Assembly: GCA_046318155.1 (NCBI GenBank)
Contig: JBKCUU010000113.1
Coordinates: forward strand, 1 to 59,198
Source: Bdellovibrio sp.
GTDB taxonomy: Bacteria; Bdellovibrionota; Bdellovibrionia; Bdellovibrionales; Bdellovibrionaceae
DNA length: 59,198 nt
Direction: 5' to 3'
The notes under the pieces were generated by a model. That model had not been told where the DNA came from, made no database searches, and was given only the letters and a program-made list of their open reading frames with translations. Positions 58,416-59,198 of this stretch are shown here, one piece after another (the first letter of the stretch is position 1; every line of letters starts with the position of its first letter). Both the position numbers and the translations under genes were made by a program.

Positions 58416-59198
58416 TTAAGCGACTTTCTTACGTTGTAACGGACGAATGAGCAAAAGTCCTGGAAGAGCGACGACCGCACATAAAGTGAAGAAGCCCACC
58501 CATCCCATGTGCTGGGCTAAGTATCCTGTCGGCGCGGCCGCGAAAATGCGGGGCACGCCCATTAAGCTGCTGAGGAGAGCAAACTGCGTGGCGGTAAATT
58601 TTTTGTTGGTGATGACGGCCATGAAGGCGACAAAAGCCGACGAGCCCATTCCGGCGGTCAAATTTTCGAACCCGATCACAAACGCAAGGCCCACTTCGTT
58701 TTTTCCCATCATCGCCAGGCCAGCGAAACATAAGGTGGACACGGCCTGAAGAATTCCAAAGATAAAAAGAGAGGGGACGATCTTCCACCTTAGAATAAGA
58801 AGTCCACCAATGAGCCCGCCGGTTGCCACGCCGATCCAGCCCGCAACCTTGGTGATGGCGCCGACTTCAGTGCGAGAGAAACCGAGATCCAGGTAAAAGG
58901 GCATCGTCATGTTGGCCGCCATGTTATCGCCGACTTTATACAGCAGAATAAAAATCAAGATGAGCCAAGCCCCATCTTTTGCAAAGTAGTCTTTAAAAGG
59001 TGAGATCACGGCTTCTTGCAGTGTTTGCGGCGGCTGAACTTCGACCTCGGGTTCATGACAAATCAAAGTTGCAAGAAGTCCCAGGCCCAAGACAACAGAC
59101 ATGATTTGGTAAACTTGTCCAAACGACATAAAGTCACTCAAGATCAGGGCGAGCGCGCCCGAGATCATTCGAAATCCAAACAGATAAGACGAGACATG
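58416..59198 (-). CDS. ampG: AmpG-family muropeptide MFS transporter (5' part outside window)
   Basis: LYKVGD, PFYLDLGFS, ENLTAGMG, FTATQFALLSSL, PGLLL. Confidence 0.88.
   Translation of the reverse strand, partial: HVSSYLFGFRMISGALALILSDFMSFGQVYQIMSVVLGLGLLATLICHEPEVEVQPPQTLQEAVISPFKDYFAKDGAWLILIFILLYKVGDNMAANMTMPFYLDLGFSRTEVGAITKVAGWIGVATGGLIGGLLILRWKIVPSLFIFGILQAVSTLCFAGLAMMGKNEVGLAFVIGFENLTAGMGSSAFVAFMAVITNKKFTATQFALLSSLMGVPRIFAAAPTGYLAQHMGWVGFFTLCAVVALPGLLLIRPLQRKKVA

Overview
This looks like an ordinary chromosomal segment of a Bdellovibrionota-like bacterium; that assignment is inferred from gene content (Bd3614-type deaminase, many signal-peptide hypotheticals, degenerate REC/PilZ proteins). 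No rRNA, tRNA or CRISPR array was seen. The first ~4 kb appears AT-richer and carries a double-GNAT gene, a 3' IS66 remnant with its right terminal repeat between two gene fragments, and a membrane-LuxR/cytochrome b/PepSY module. Next is a chemosensory cluster (cheA-cheW-MCP-cheR/REC fusion-cheB, an atypical OmpR regulator, cheY, HD-GYP) with a shared 17-bp motif in both divergent promoter regions. It is followed by housekeeping, repair, efflux and translation genes (radD, azlCD, yaeQ, carbonic anhydrase, ogt, OYE, Bcr, rhlE, ABC-F, MnmC-like, DTW). The most unusual locus is a minus-strand cluster at 37.7-43.5 kb in which all four proteins have signal peptides: an L,D-transpeptidase-like protein, a helical partner, a glucan-water-dikinase-like His/ATP-grasp dikinase module and a penicillin-binding-type serine hydrolase. 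Just upstream is a second odd pair, a secreted protein with a ~50% tyrosine tail followed by an S8 protease. All product calls come from motif recognition, not database searches.
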